From Balanoglossus misakiensis (taxonomy: Eukaryota > Animalia > Hemichordata): DNA of 64,000 nt. The notes under the pieces are model-generated. The model worked only from the letters and a program-made list of their open reading frames with translations, did not search any database and was not told the origin of the DNA. Positions 21,706-33,248 of the stretch are shown here, piece after piece. The translations under genes and the position numbers were made by a program. Every line of letters starts with the position of its first letter. Position 1 is the first letter of the stretch. The stretch covers positions 8,507,124-8,571,123 of the forward strand of contig CM082596.2 in the NCBI GenBank assembly GCA_040954595.2, written 5' to 3'.

Positions 21706-24700
21706 ATGGCGACTTATCCGGGGTCAGAGTCACAAGAGTCTTCGACGCTTGAATATACACCTCCCAGTCCGAATTTTGTTCTTATATCAGATGACGACGA
21801 TGATGAGCATAGTCGGTCACCATTTCTTACATATGACACTCAAATCTATCGCCGACCTTCCATCAACTCATTTAAATTAGTTGACCTGCCGCAAGAGGCT
21901 GAAGACGATGACACGACCATTCCGTTCGCGTCCATCGGGAACGACACCATTACTATTAGTGGAGATTTACACCCGGAAATGAGTGTGGAAAATGTTCCAC
22001 CATACCGAGGATACACCAAAGACAGTGTAAGCGGTCAAGGTCGTGCGGGGGACAAAGTTGATTTTGATGGTGGCGCTGGAAACTTCGACAAATTGCAATG
22101 TCATCGATCAACTTCAGGCGTCAACAGACAGTCTTCCATCGCGGAGGACGTGCACAAACTTTCATCAATATTCAGGGACATCAGTGCCGATGCAATAGAG
22201 AAAAAACTGAAGGAAATGATAGACGAACCAAATCGAGTGGAAATTGTGACCAATTTGTTACTCGAAGAACAAGAAAGGGACACTAATGGTGATGGCAGAG
22301 GGGATTTACACTCAAACTCAGAAAGTAATGATTTTGAATCAGTGTTCGCTGATGTGAGCAAGGTACTCCATAGTCTCACGACAAATCATCATTTGCAGAA
22401 ACTTCCCGATGAAAATATTGTGTTTGAAGTCTTGGAACAGTTTAGAGACAAACTAACAAGAGTTGAAATGACTGTGAATTACTTTGTTGGCGCAAGTAGT
22501 GCAGAATCAATGGTAGTTGGGGCTGTGGAAGCTGTGGAAGGAGGAGACGATGTCAATGATGGGAGTATCAGAGAGGGTGGAACAGATAACCTTGAGTTTT
22601 TGGATAATCTGGCTGTATTTTCTGCCCACCCATTGTTCCAAGACTTGAATACAGTTGCCAAAGTTTTCCCTCATAGAGACCCCAATGAAATCATGGCCTA
22701 TCTGGAAGCCTACCATGATCGACCTGACAGAATACAGCTGGTGTCAGAGGAACTACTCAATTTGGTAAATGCAGGTGATAGCCAAAATTCCAACGAGGAC
22801 CAGAGTCTGAAACGAAGAGCCGAAGATGTCGAGTTTGTCAGGGAATATACCAAAAGGACAAAGCTGAGTTCACATGAGGACAACAATTCACCCAATGTTC
22901 TTAATGCTGGAGACACTAGAAATTCATTGACTCCCAATCCTGATAACTTGAAAACCGCGATCGACCAGAAGAGGCTCAAATCCAAAGAAGACTTCGAGAT
23001 GCTTAAATCTCTTGTTCCTGATGCTGATCCAAACTATATCTTCGAGTGTATGGAGAGAATGAAAGATAACCCAAACAGAGTCACTGATCTGGCGAATGAG
23101 ATGCTTGAAAAAAGGAATTACCCAAAGCTTGAAGATGTACTACAGTCGCAGAAAAAGAATGCCATGAAACAGCAGATTATGGGTTGTAAATTTGAGATGG
23201 AGGAATTCCTCAAGTTATTCGATGATCCTGTGGAACATTTTTACAATGAGTCAAAATCGACAAGTACCAATTATACCAAACATGCATTGGTGAAACTCAA
23301 AAATGAATTTCCGATGTTGACAGAAGATTACATCACAGCAGCTTTGAAGAGACACAAAAATCACTTTACACCAACATGGAGAGAATTGGAGCAAGATGAA
23401 CGAAAGGTGTATTCTTTGAGCATGAAACTTCAACTCAGTGGTCGGCGATACACTGGTGAGTTATGGTGTCATTTCTGGTAGCCATTGATAATAGAAAATG
23501 ACACACAATGAACATAATTTCTATGTTTACTGGTACAACTGTAACCCCCCTGGCTCGAAATGAAAATTCTTATGCGAAAAAATATCATATGATTCCATCC
23601 ATATAATTAAGGCCGTGTCTATTGACACGCGCGTGTCAATAGCCAGTCCGTGTCGGGCCGGCTATTGACACGCGCGTGTCAATAGCTAGTGCATAGGGGG
23701 CCGGCTATTGACACGCGGGGACTTTAATATTCTCAAATTATTGCCGATTTTTGAAAACCAAACCACATTTCACATAGTCCATTAAATGATTCGTCTTTTC
23801 TTCCCCGAAAATCAGATGAAACGAAGTGCAAAATTCCGAAAGTCAAAGCGTAATGTCATAGTTCTTCTACCCGTTCTACGCGTGTACGCCTGCCGATTCT
23901 AAGCTTATCTCCTGACCGTGACACGACTTTTATAAAGCAATGCACATTCCGTATCCTCCGTTGCGAGGTGTAAAATAAAGAAAATCCAAGTACATGTATT
24001 TCGAAGTATGTCAGACTGCACTTGGCAATACGTCATTTTCGTTGCTTCAACCAGGAAAAATCTGACTGCTAGTGCTATGGCATGAAAATGTTAATTTCGG
24101 TAATACACGTCATTGCACTGGATCCTGCAAGGCATGCATTTGGGGACTAAGTAAGTTGTCACACCACGGTTCAAGTTGTAACGTATTTCCCAACAAGCAA
24201 TGAATTTGTTCATCATGAAAAAATCTCTCAATTCAAACGAAATATTTTACAGTATGTCCGCGCTGTTGCGGTCAGCGTCGCGGTGAGTGTGTCCCTCTGT
24301 GTGCAGCGGCCGTAGTGCATGAACAGTAAAACAATCGTAGCGATGCTCAGAAATATTTCAGAAATTTGCACTTCCTTTCATCTACATTTTCGGCGGAAAA
24401 GATAAGTCCTCCGATGGAAAATGTGCATTGCTTTATAAAAGTCGGCAGTAAAATGGAGGGAAAATCCCCGTGTCACGGTCAGGAGATAAGCTTAGAATCG
24501 GCAGGCGTACACGCGTAGAACGGGTAGAAGAACTATGACATACGCTTTGACTTTCGGAATTTTGCACTTCGTTTCATCTGATTTTCGGGGAAGAAAAGAC
24601 GAATCATTTAATGGACTATGTGAAATGTGGTTTGGTTTTCAAAAATCGGCAATAATTTGAGAATATTAAAGTCCCCGCGTGTCAATAGCCGGCCCGACAC

Positions 24701-27700
24701 GGACTGGCTATTGACACGCGCGTGTCAATAGACACTCCGTATAATTAAATACATGCACAAAAAACAGAATTGCATGCACATGGCTGGCACCCTGCTTCAG
24801 TATATGAATAAATATTATCCAGCAATGCATGAAGAACAGAATGGATCATTAAATATAATAGCATTAAATGTAAACGGTCACCTATGCAAATTTAGCCACA
24901 GTTACCATGGCAAATTGAAATCTAGCCAATCACATATTTTCAGTGGGTGGCACACGCGAAATAAAGAGCGCCACCGTATGTTCTTTAGAACGCTCTTATA
25001 CGCTATTTCAGCCATATATGGGCGTATGTAAATTGGAGGTGACCGTTACATTTAGTACCAAGTTCAGCTAGTAATCGCTAGTTCATGATAATATTGTAAA
25101 GGAGGTATTATGAGGTACGACCGGCTAGCCACAGCTATACCTTCATAGCTGCATTAGTGATGTACGTAGCAAAGACTCGTTTTATTGTATAAAATCTCCA
25201 AGTCTCAATTTACCTCTGGATACAAGTCGACAGATCTTCATGTGACAACTTTCTTTACTGGGATCAAAACAACCCTGGTAATGCCTAACAAAGAGAATTT
25301 GACCACAATGTTTTTTTGATTATGCTTGGCCAGGTTTTGGTAACAGAAGAAAGTATCGACTGAAACCCAGATCGGAACAAGAGCCGTGGCCAGAAGAACT
25401 TGATGAAATATTCTTCAAAGAGCTCCAATTTGTACAACATGAAGAAGAAATCGCAGGTAAGCATATTAAGTAGGAAATGAAGCAGAAATGTTTGTGTAAA
25501 ATTATGCTAACATCTCTGCTAATGAATGTGCAAGGGTCTCAAAACATGAATCATGGACGATGGCTGGTAAATTTATGTTTGGATGCATGTTCAGAGGTGA
25601 GCAGTCCACTATTTGAGTGGAAGCTACGCGCATGCGCGTGAGACGATCTATTACTTTTAAGGTTTTTTTTTGCTCTGTTGATAACAGTGAATTGTTGAGG
25701 TTAATTTATTCTTAGTTACATCCTGGTAATTTATATTTCCAGATGTACTTGATGACAGAAGACGTGAACGCGAGAAACGCATCAATGAAGCTCGTCAGAA
25801 GGGTGCTCTGGAAGAATGTGGATGTTGTTATGAAGATGAGATTCTGTTCGAAGAGATGTTAGCATGTCCGGATGGCCATCTTTTCTGCAGGAATTGCATC
25901 AAGAGGTCAGCTCAAGAGGTCATAGGTCAAGGTCGGGTGGCATTTCCCTGCCTTTCCGCGGACTGTAGTTGCCAATTAACAATACCAGTTCTACAACAAG
26001 TTCTCCTACCGGCCGAGTTTTCGAGTCTTCTGAAAAGAATTCAAGAGGAGGAGATACGTCAAGCTGATATACCCAATTTGGAAACTTGTCCATTTTGTCA
26101 TTTTGCCACTATCATGGATAATCCAGATGACAAGGTCTTCAAGTGCCAAAATACAGATTGCCTGAAGGAAACTTGTAGGTTGGTATTTAGATTGTTCGTA
26201 TTTCCTGAATAGTCTTGAATGTCAGTATCACATTTTTGAACTTGGCTTTTGAAATCACATTAATCAATCCATAAATCAGCCAATCAATAAAAGATTGATT
26301 ATAGATTGATCAGATAATGTATTGGTATATGATTGATTATATCATATATCATGCTACCATCCGCCATTCTGATTGGACGAGCGCTCAATCCAGCGATCTT
26401 AAAATACTCAATATAGCACTGCTAAAACGGGCCCCTGAACTAGCATGTGACAGCAAAAATGTGCGGTTAAACCACAGTCGTGCGGGATTAAACCAAATAA
26501 ATAAAATTCAAATACTGTTGAATTAACGGACGTTAATAGTACTGTGAGTTTGGACTTTTGCGGTTGCTGAATTGAGTGTTGATGAACTCATAATTTCCAG
26601 AGAATCAATGAGGGTAACTACAAACATTTGGTTGTTCAATTTTTATGAAATGTGTTTTGTGTTTGTGCAGGTTGTGTAAAGAAGTGAACCACATTCCACT
26701 ACGATGCGAAGAAGTTGAGAAAGAGGGTGAGACCAAGAAAAGGCTTTTCATAGAAGATCAGATGACCAACGCAATGTTGAGAACTTGCTGGAAGTGCAAG
26801 AAGAAGTTCTTTAAAGAAGATGGTTGCAACAAGATGACATGTCAGTGTGGTGCCTCAATGTGTTACATCTGTCGACAACCGATCAAAGGTTATGAACACT
26901 TCGGTACAGGGCCTGGCCAGTAAGTACTCTAGTTCTCAATCTTACAGCAAAGTTAAACCAAGGTTGTGGACAATATTAAAGTTTTGTCAATCCCCAATAT
27001 TCAATTTGCATGCCTTTCCAAGTCACCTCCCCAGTTTTGAAAATCTGTTCGATTGAGTAAGGTTTCTAATTTTTAAAAATGGCTTAAAGCCCCATTATTT
27101 CTCGTGTTTATCCATTTTTCATCATCGAAAATTGCCCATTTTTCCCGTATATTCATCATGAAAAACTACATAATGAAGATGTAAGAAAGGTTTGGGCAAC
27201 TGTAGCTACATGCAAGCTGTAAATATTGCCCGTAACACTCGAAGTGATTCATGGGTTTGTTTACAAGGGAAATGTTGTACATTTTATTTATGCTTACAAA
27301 GGAAAAACCCAAAATCCACAATTACAGGAAATGACAATACTTTAACCCTAATGCTACTGGGTGTCATACCTGTTTACAGTGTCAAGTCCCTTAAAATACG
27401 CATTTGCCACTTTTTCTTCTAAAATGCATTTTGACATGGCTTGACATGGCTATCATACATACGTAGACACATGTGGCAGTCTGAGCCACCTGTAAAATGT
27501 ATCAAATCACACTGGTTTGTACTGTTTTGGCTTGAGGGTCTTGTAATGGCTCTACTGAGTAACACACACTTGGCAGTCTAACAGGCCTGGGAGCCCGGAT
27601 TCTAGGCACCCTGGAAATCAAACCAGTTTCAACTGACTTGGCAGCGTTAGGGTTAAATCCATTACCACACATCAATAGTCTTACCATGATAACCGTTTTT

Positions 27701-29145
27701 ATCCAATCCTAGATGCCCTCCAACGTTGCAAAACATCGATCACAAAACTTTCCATTTAAAAGAAGTGGCTGCAGCTGGGGAGAAAGCCAAGACACACTAC
27801 AGCCATTCAAACCCGGATGATCCAGATCTCAAATACGACCCGATCAAAACTGTGCAGAAAGGTCAGTGTGCTCAAATGCTCAATTGTTTATCCCACATGC
27901 AATATGCAAAGTCTTGGCAGGCTAGATCTGCAAAACAGTAGTGCAGAAAGCAGCATCATTTAGTGTTCGATCATACAATGTTCCCATGTTTCTGCAGTCT
28001 GCAATATTTGCTGATGTGTTTGGGGTAGTCTAGTATCTAGCCATATTTTGTCCGCTTTGCTTCCAAAACTAACGTCTAGCCTCACTCATGCCACTGGCCC
28101 AAGCAGTCAATCAGAGACTTTGTTTTTCCAATGATTGGACGAAGGATATACATATGTGTAATTAAGGATGGGTAACAAATTAACCCTGCCTTCACTATAA
28201 CCTTACACCCAATCACCATTGTTCAGTTTATGTGAGTGACTTCAAGGGCATGCTAGTTACATCACAATTCCCAGCAAGGGGTATGGGGTTTTATTGGGCC
28301 AGTGGCATGAGTGAGGCTAGACGTTAGTTTTGGAAGCAAAGCGGACAAAATACAGCTAGAAACTAAACTATTGGGGTATGTGAACCAATGGCTAGATGCC
28401 AGTTCATATGTGTAATTTTGAGACAATTTTATCAAGTCTTAAGCTTTGATTTCATGTGCCATAAAATGATGTCAGATGAACTTTGAATGAATGAAGGACG
28501 ATAATTAATATTATTTTACACAAAATACATCTATATTTGGCTCTGTAGCTCTTCCGATACACCTTGTATGGGGAGCCTTTGTCTTCAAGGGGATGCTAGT
28601 CACAGCATAACCCCAGCAAGGGGTGTCAGGATTTATTTGGCCAGTAGCATGCATGACACTAGACGTTTGTTTGTGTAGCAGATGGGACAAAACACAGCTA
28701 GATACTATGTGCAGGTGTGTGTGTGTGTGTTTTAAAGTGTGTGTGTGTGTGTGTTTTAAAACCAGAAGTTTCTGTGGAGTACTAACGCGATGCACATTGA
28801 ATCTTGACAGATCTTGATGAAGCGACTACAGCAAACAACACCGGAATGCCATTCCAGAATGCACCCGGAATGTTTATAGGTTTTCCGTTTGTTGGAGCAC
28901 CTTTTATGCCACCGATGCCGCCCCCTCCTCCTCCTCCACCGCCTCTTCTTCCTCCTCAATTCCAACAATTTCAATTCCCAGTTGTCCAAAATGGAAATCA
29001 AGTATTCATGCAAGCGCCCGGCCAAGTTGCTGCACAGGGACCACAACAGGGTGCAATTCAGTTCCAAGCATTTCCGCAAGTTGTGCAACAAATCAATCAA
29101 AGACGACAAGCAGCACAGAGACGGGTTCTTCAAAGAAGACGATGA
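21706..29145 (+). CDS. RNF216: RNF216/TRIAD3-like RBR E3 ubiquitin ligase; exons 21706-23455, 25334-25456, 25743-26178, 26671-26919, 27713-27861, 28811-29145
   Basis: RING1 (ECGCCYEDE..CPDGHLFCRNC), IBR (CPFCHF..CLKETCRLCKEVNHIPLRC), RING2 (KEDGCNKMTCQCGASMCYICRQPIKGYEHF), Pro-rich tail; splice phases consistent. Confidence 0.88.
23611..24739. mobile_element. Foldback non-autonomous transposon with about 300-bp TIRs and 9-bp TSD (Mutator-like) in RNF216 intron
   Basis: TATAATTAA at 23602-23610 and 24740-24748; 23611-~23924 is the near-perfect inverse of ~24470-24739; internal palindromes CTATTGACACGCGCGTGTCAATAG. Confidence 0.85.
27346..27652. mobile_element. piggyBac-like MITE
   Basis: TTAA|CCCTAATGCT...AGCGTTAGGG|TTAA. 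Confidence 0.7.
28026..28370. mobile_element. Foldback MITE with about 75-bp TIRs
   Basis: TAGTCTAGTATCTAGC...CACTGGCCCAA is inverted at 28295-28370; TTGGGG direct repeat on both flanks; diverged half copy near 28600-28708. Confidence 0.8.
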
Positions 29146-32100
29146 TGAAATAGGAAGGAATGGCAGAGAAACAAAAAATCATATGAACATCCTTTTTTGG
29201 ACACACTATGGCACAGGCACCAAGATGCTATGTGTTGGAACTGTGTGAGTGTCTGTCTAGTGTCTGTAGACAATTTGTTCAACTGATAATGGGAAACCAC
29301 TTCATTGATGATGTTAGTCGATGAGTTTTTTTTATGAATTATGGACTGACCTTTGACTTTGTTTCAATTATTTCGGCATCCAGTTCTTAATGCGCAGTCT
29401 TTGGTTTATATAGCTCAACAAGAAAAGAGCATATGTCCAAAAACTTTTGGGTTACTTTTGCCCCAGTTTTGCTTTATTTGAGTTGTCGTTATGGATGCAG
29501 AGTTGGGCCATGGTTCATGTTGGTGAGTAAGTACCAGAACTATCCAAAATTTGGTGTAACCATTAACTTACTTCTACAAATCCAAACTTATATAGTAATA
29601 TACTGTAAAGTTGAAATTTATGCGACTTTTTATTTTCACATTATTTTGGCTCTCGCGTATTTCACGAAAATTTATTGCTCGCAAAAATTTTTTTTTTTTT
29701 ACAGTACTCATGACGAGGTGCTTTCTTTTGGCACGTTTTATGAAAATTTACAAAAAATGACAATATTGCAACCGTGTTTTCTCAAAATTCTCCTTGGCTA
29801 TGGAATACGTTATCCGTGCACTTCATCTGGGAAGTCCCCTGTCTGCTCCTGGAGGTACCCTTTACCCCCCCCCCCTTCACCACCATGGTTTTGCCCAATC
29901 CCAGTGTCTTCAATGGCAAAAGTGGACACCTGTACAGGGAAATGGGGTGAAAAAATTACACTAAATAGTTTTCACTGTAATTGTACTATGGCTGTACAAC
30001 CAACAATTTTTTTTGATGAATTCTAAGATATTTTTGCTAGGCTTATGTGAATTTATTATTTTAACTTCTTACATGGTTTTCCCCTAAGTCTTACTTCCAT
30101 TATCATCAATTTGGTTGTAGAGATATGACAGTACTGTATTTTTATAGCTTTTACCTGTTTGGCCAGAACAGTAGATTATCACCATAGACCCCTTTTCTGG
30201 TTTTTAATTTGTCCATAGGGACGAACGGATTGGACTTCATCTGCCCGACCCTTGACATTACTCAGACATGCCCTTTTATAGTCAGGGTCATTACACAAAC
30301 ATACCCGAGCTTGTTATAGTGCCATATCGGATATTATGCAGAAGAATTCAGCAATAAATTTAAAGATGGATGGATTTTCTTTCATATGCTTTAAATGTGT
30401 TCTCCAACATGGTATAGGCCAAACCCATTGTTTTTATGGTAAGGTTGGACCTCTAAAGAGGGAAAAGGGTTGAAGGTGGGTTAGATCTGACCTTTGACCT
30501 GCTTGTTTTCAATATTAATGAAAATGTGTACAGCTTATTATACTCAAGGGCTGCATCGAGGACTTCAGATGTTTTAGACTCTGGTAAAATAGCTACAGTT
30601 GAAAAGCAGTAAATAATATAGTGTTACTTTGGATGCGCAACTGATTCGCAAGTATGAGTAGAGTCTAAGTGTCAGAGCCCTCTTTGGTCTGTGGTTTTAG
30701 AACCTTCAGCTTCAGAGCTCAAATCATCAAAACCCTCGAGAATTCAAACCCTGTGACTTTTAATTTTTGATAAACACACTTATTTGCCAAATGCAGCTGC
30801 AAAATGTTATGTATCACAACTATGATTTTAAAATACATGTATTGAGTTCAAATGCAGAAAAAGAGAGCTGTTCGTTATACATTGATATATTTTATACTTA
30901 GCTGTATGACAAGGGATATTCCATTGATAGCTGCATTTGTAAGTGTACAAATTTCACAACTCCTGAGATACTTTAGAGACTACAACTCATTTGAGGACTG
31001 TCGAGTGACACATCGCTCATTGGCATGAATTAAAACTAGTTTGTACCTGGTAATTATCTTAAGGCTCCATTAACTGTAACCTTTCACCGCATTTCCAATA
31101 TTTTTGTTTTGTATATCTTCTGCAGTTTTTTTTTTTCAAATTCCTGAAACATGATGAAATGCCCAGTATCCAGCTTTTTAACACAACCTCATGTTTATAA
31201 TTATAGTCAGCATATTTTTGTGCAAAATTTGATTTCAAGTCTGTACTAGAATTTATGTCAACAATAACAATGGCAGTTACTCTTCACATACAGGCTATGT
31301 TGACAAGTGGGGTACTGGGTATATTAAGATGCTGTTTGGACTAGAGAAAGAATTGCATTGGTAAAAAATTAAAAATAAGGCCAAAGTTACAGCTAATGTC
31401 CCTGTAAGACATACCTTGATAATGATTATTGGACCTTGATGAAATATTATTTTCAGATGATTTGTAATCTGAATCAACCTTCATCTTAAGAATAATGCGT
31501 ATTGGCACAGCCAGACAATCAAGGTAATAATTCTACAGCAATTGCAATCTGCATGGGTCAGCACCCAGACTTATAGGTGTTTTTTCCCCAACCATCAGTG
31601 TCTATTGAATATCAAATTTCTGTTGGATTGTATAGAAATAAGAAATGCTATGTACTGTATAAATTGGAATCTTGCCTCTGTTGTATTTTACATGCAAGTG
31701 TTAATATTACATTCAACTGAGTTGCGGACAATACTATGCCAATTTGTGATATGTTTTAAACTTTCAACAGACAAATTTTTGAAGAAATTTTTGAAATAAA
31801 AATAGACTTGGGTCAAGTCTGTTTTTCCACCAAAATCTTGTGTTACTCATTTGTGCAACCAACAACCATGGTGTTGGCTCCAGTGCTGTTGAAAACCTGT
31901 TCATTTCGAAAAGGGCCAAAAAGCGCTTCGTCAACACAGTGAAGAGTTTAATTTAAAAATTGGTGATTATCCTAATTTCTATTTGAAAGAATATATTGAA
32001 ATATTGACTGGCCGCATGCGCAATGTACCATGGATTGGTATTTTTATGCTGTCCATAGCTTTGACACATTCTACAATTATTAATTTGGAGGTAAAAAAAA

Positions 32101-32324
32101 ACTTGCTTTGAAGAAATTACTAGTACTCTCGTTAGCTGACATATAACACGAATTTCTTGTAGGACGAACTACTACACTTTTTTTCTGAAAATCTTACTGC
32201 GTTCGTGATGTACGTAAGTCTATCAACCATGGATATATAAATGGTAAAATTTCTTTTTCTACAGTAATATATAACATTATACAGCGCATTTACTTGTATT
32301 GTAATTCGTGATTATTGTTTGCAG

Positions 32325-33179
32325 GGAGGTATCGTTCTCGAAGACTATCTCACAAGCTTTGTGGCCATCCACTCCTTTTCTGGTTAGTTAACTAAATTGT
32401 CAGTATCACCATCATCATCATCATCATCATCATCGTTATCATCATCATCATCATCATTTCAATCATCATCATCATCATCATCATCATTTCAATCATCATC
32501 GGTTTTATTGTAGTTGTTACATATCATGTGCTTTTCATTTCAGCCTCATCTACTGAACAGTATTCATGCTACAAATAGGAAGACCTGGGTAATTCGAGAT
32601 AAAGAATCTGCGAGGTGGGTAAACGCAAAACAATGAAAGTTATTAATGCAGACTGGGCTGTAGCAAATGGTGGTATCCTGTACAAGATTATGTATACTGT
32701 GGTGTGTATTTCAGGGAAGATCTGGTTCGTCTTGAAGTGTACTTTGAAGATTTGAATTATAACCTAGTAAGTGAAGAAGAGGCTTATCGGTAAGTGCACG
32801 CAACATCTTCCAATATCAATGTTAGTGTTATTTCTTTACTAGTTTTAAGTTAGTTTATATTTAAAAATGTTCGTTTCAGATTTTTCGGTTGCTGGCCGAT
32901 ACGGGTGGTTCGCTTGGACTTTGGGTCGGGTTGTCCCTCATCACCGTCATTGAATTTCTGGAGTTCATGGTGATGTTGTGCCATGCAGCGAGACAGAACA
33001 AACGAACAAAGCGAGAGGCAGCCACATCTGATTCTACGGCGATGCAAGGCATCGGTGTACAAACGGGAAACGGCCCCGCACGAAGCTATAAAATCACAGA
33101 GTTCGAGACCTCCACTTTTGGGGTCAACAAGCCAGTTAGTTACCACGATGAAATAATCATGACGGGAAAGCAAGAGTAA
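32325..33179 (+). pseudogene. 3' fragment (last about 4 exons) of a DEG/ENaC-family channel gene
   Basis: Exons encode SKTISQALWPS, EDLVRLEVYFEDLNY..EEEAY, LLADTGGSLGLWVGLSLITVIEFLEF (TM2); no upstream exons recognised; phase mismatch between last two exons. Confidence 0.72.
32405..32500. repeat. (CAT)n microsatellite
   Basis: Direct reading. Confidence 0.95.
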
Positions 33180-33248
33180 AGAGTATCATTATCCAATTGT
33201 AGCTTTCGTACCTATTTAAATGTCACTGGACAGAGTTTGTATTCTCAT

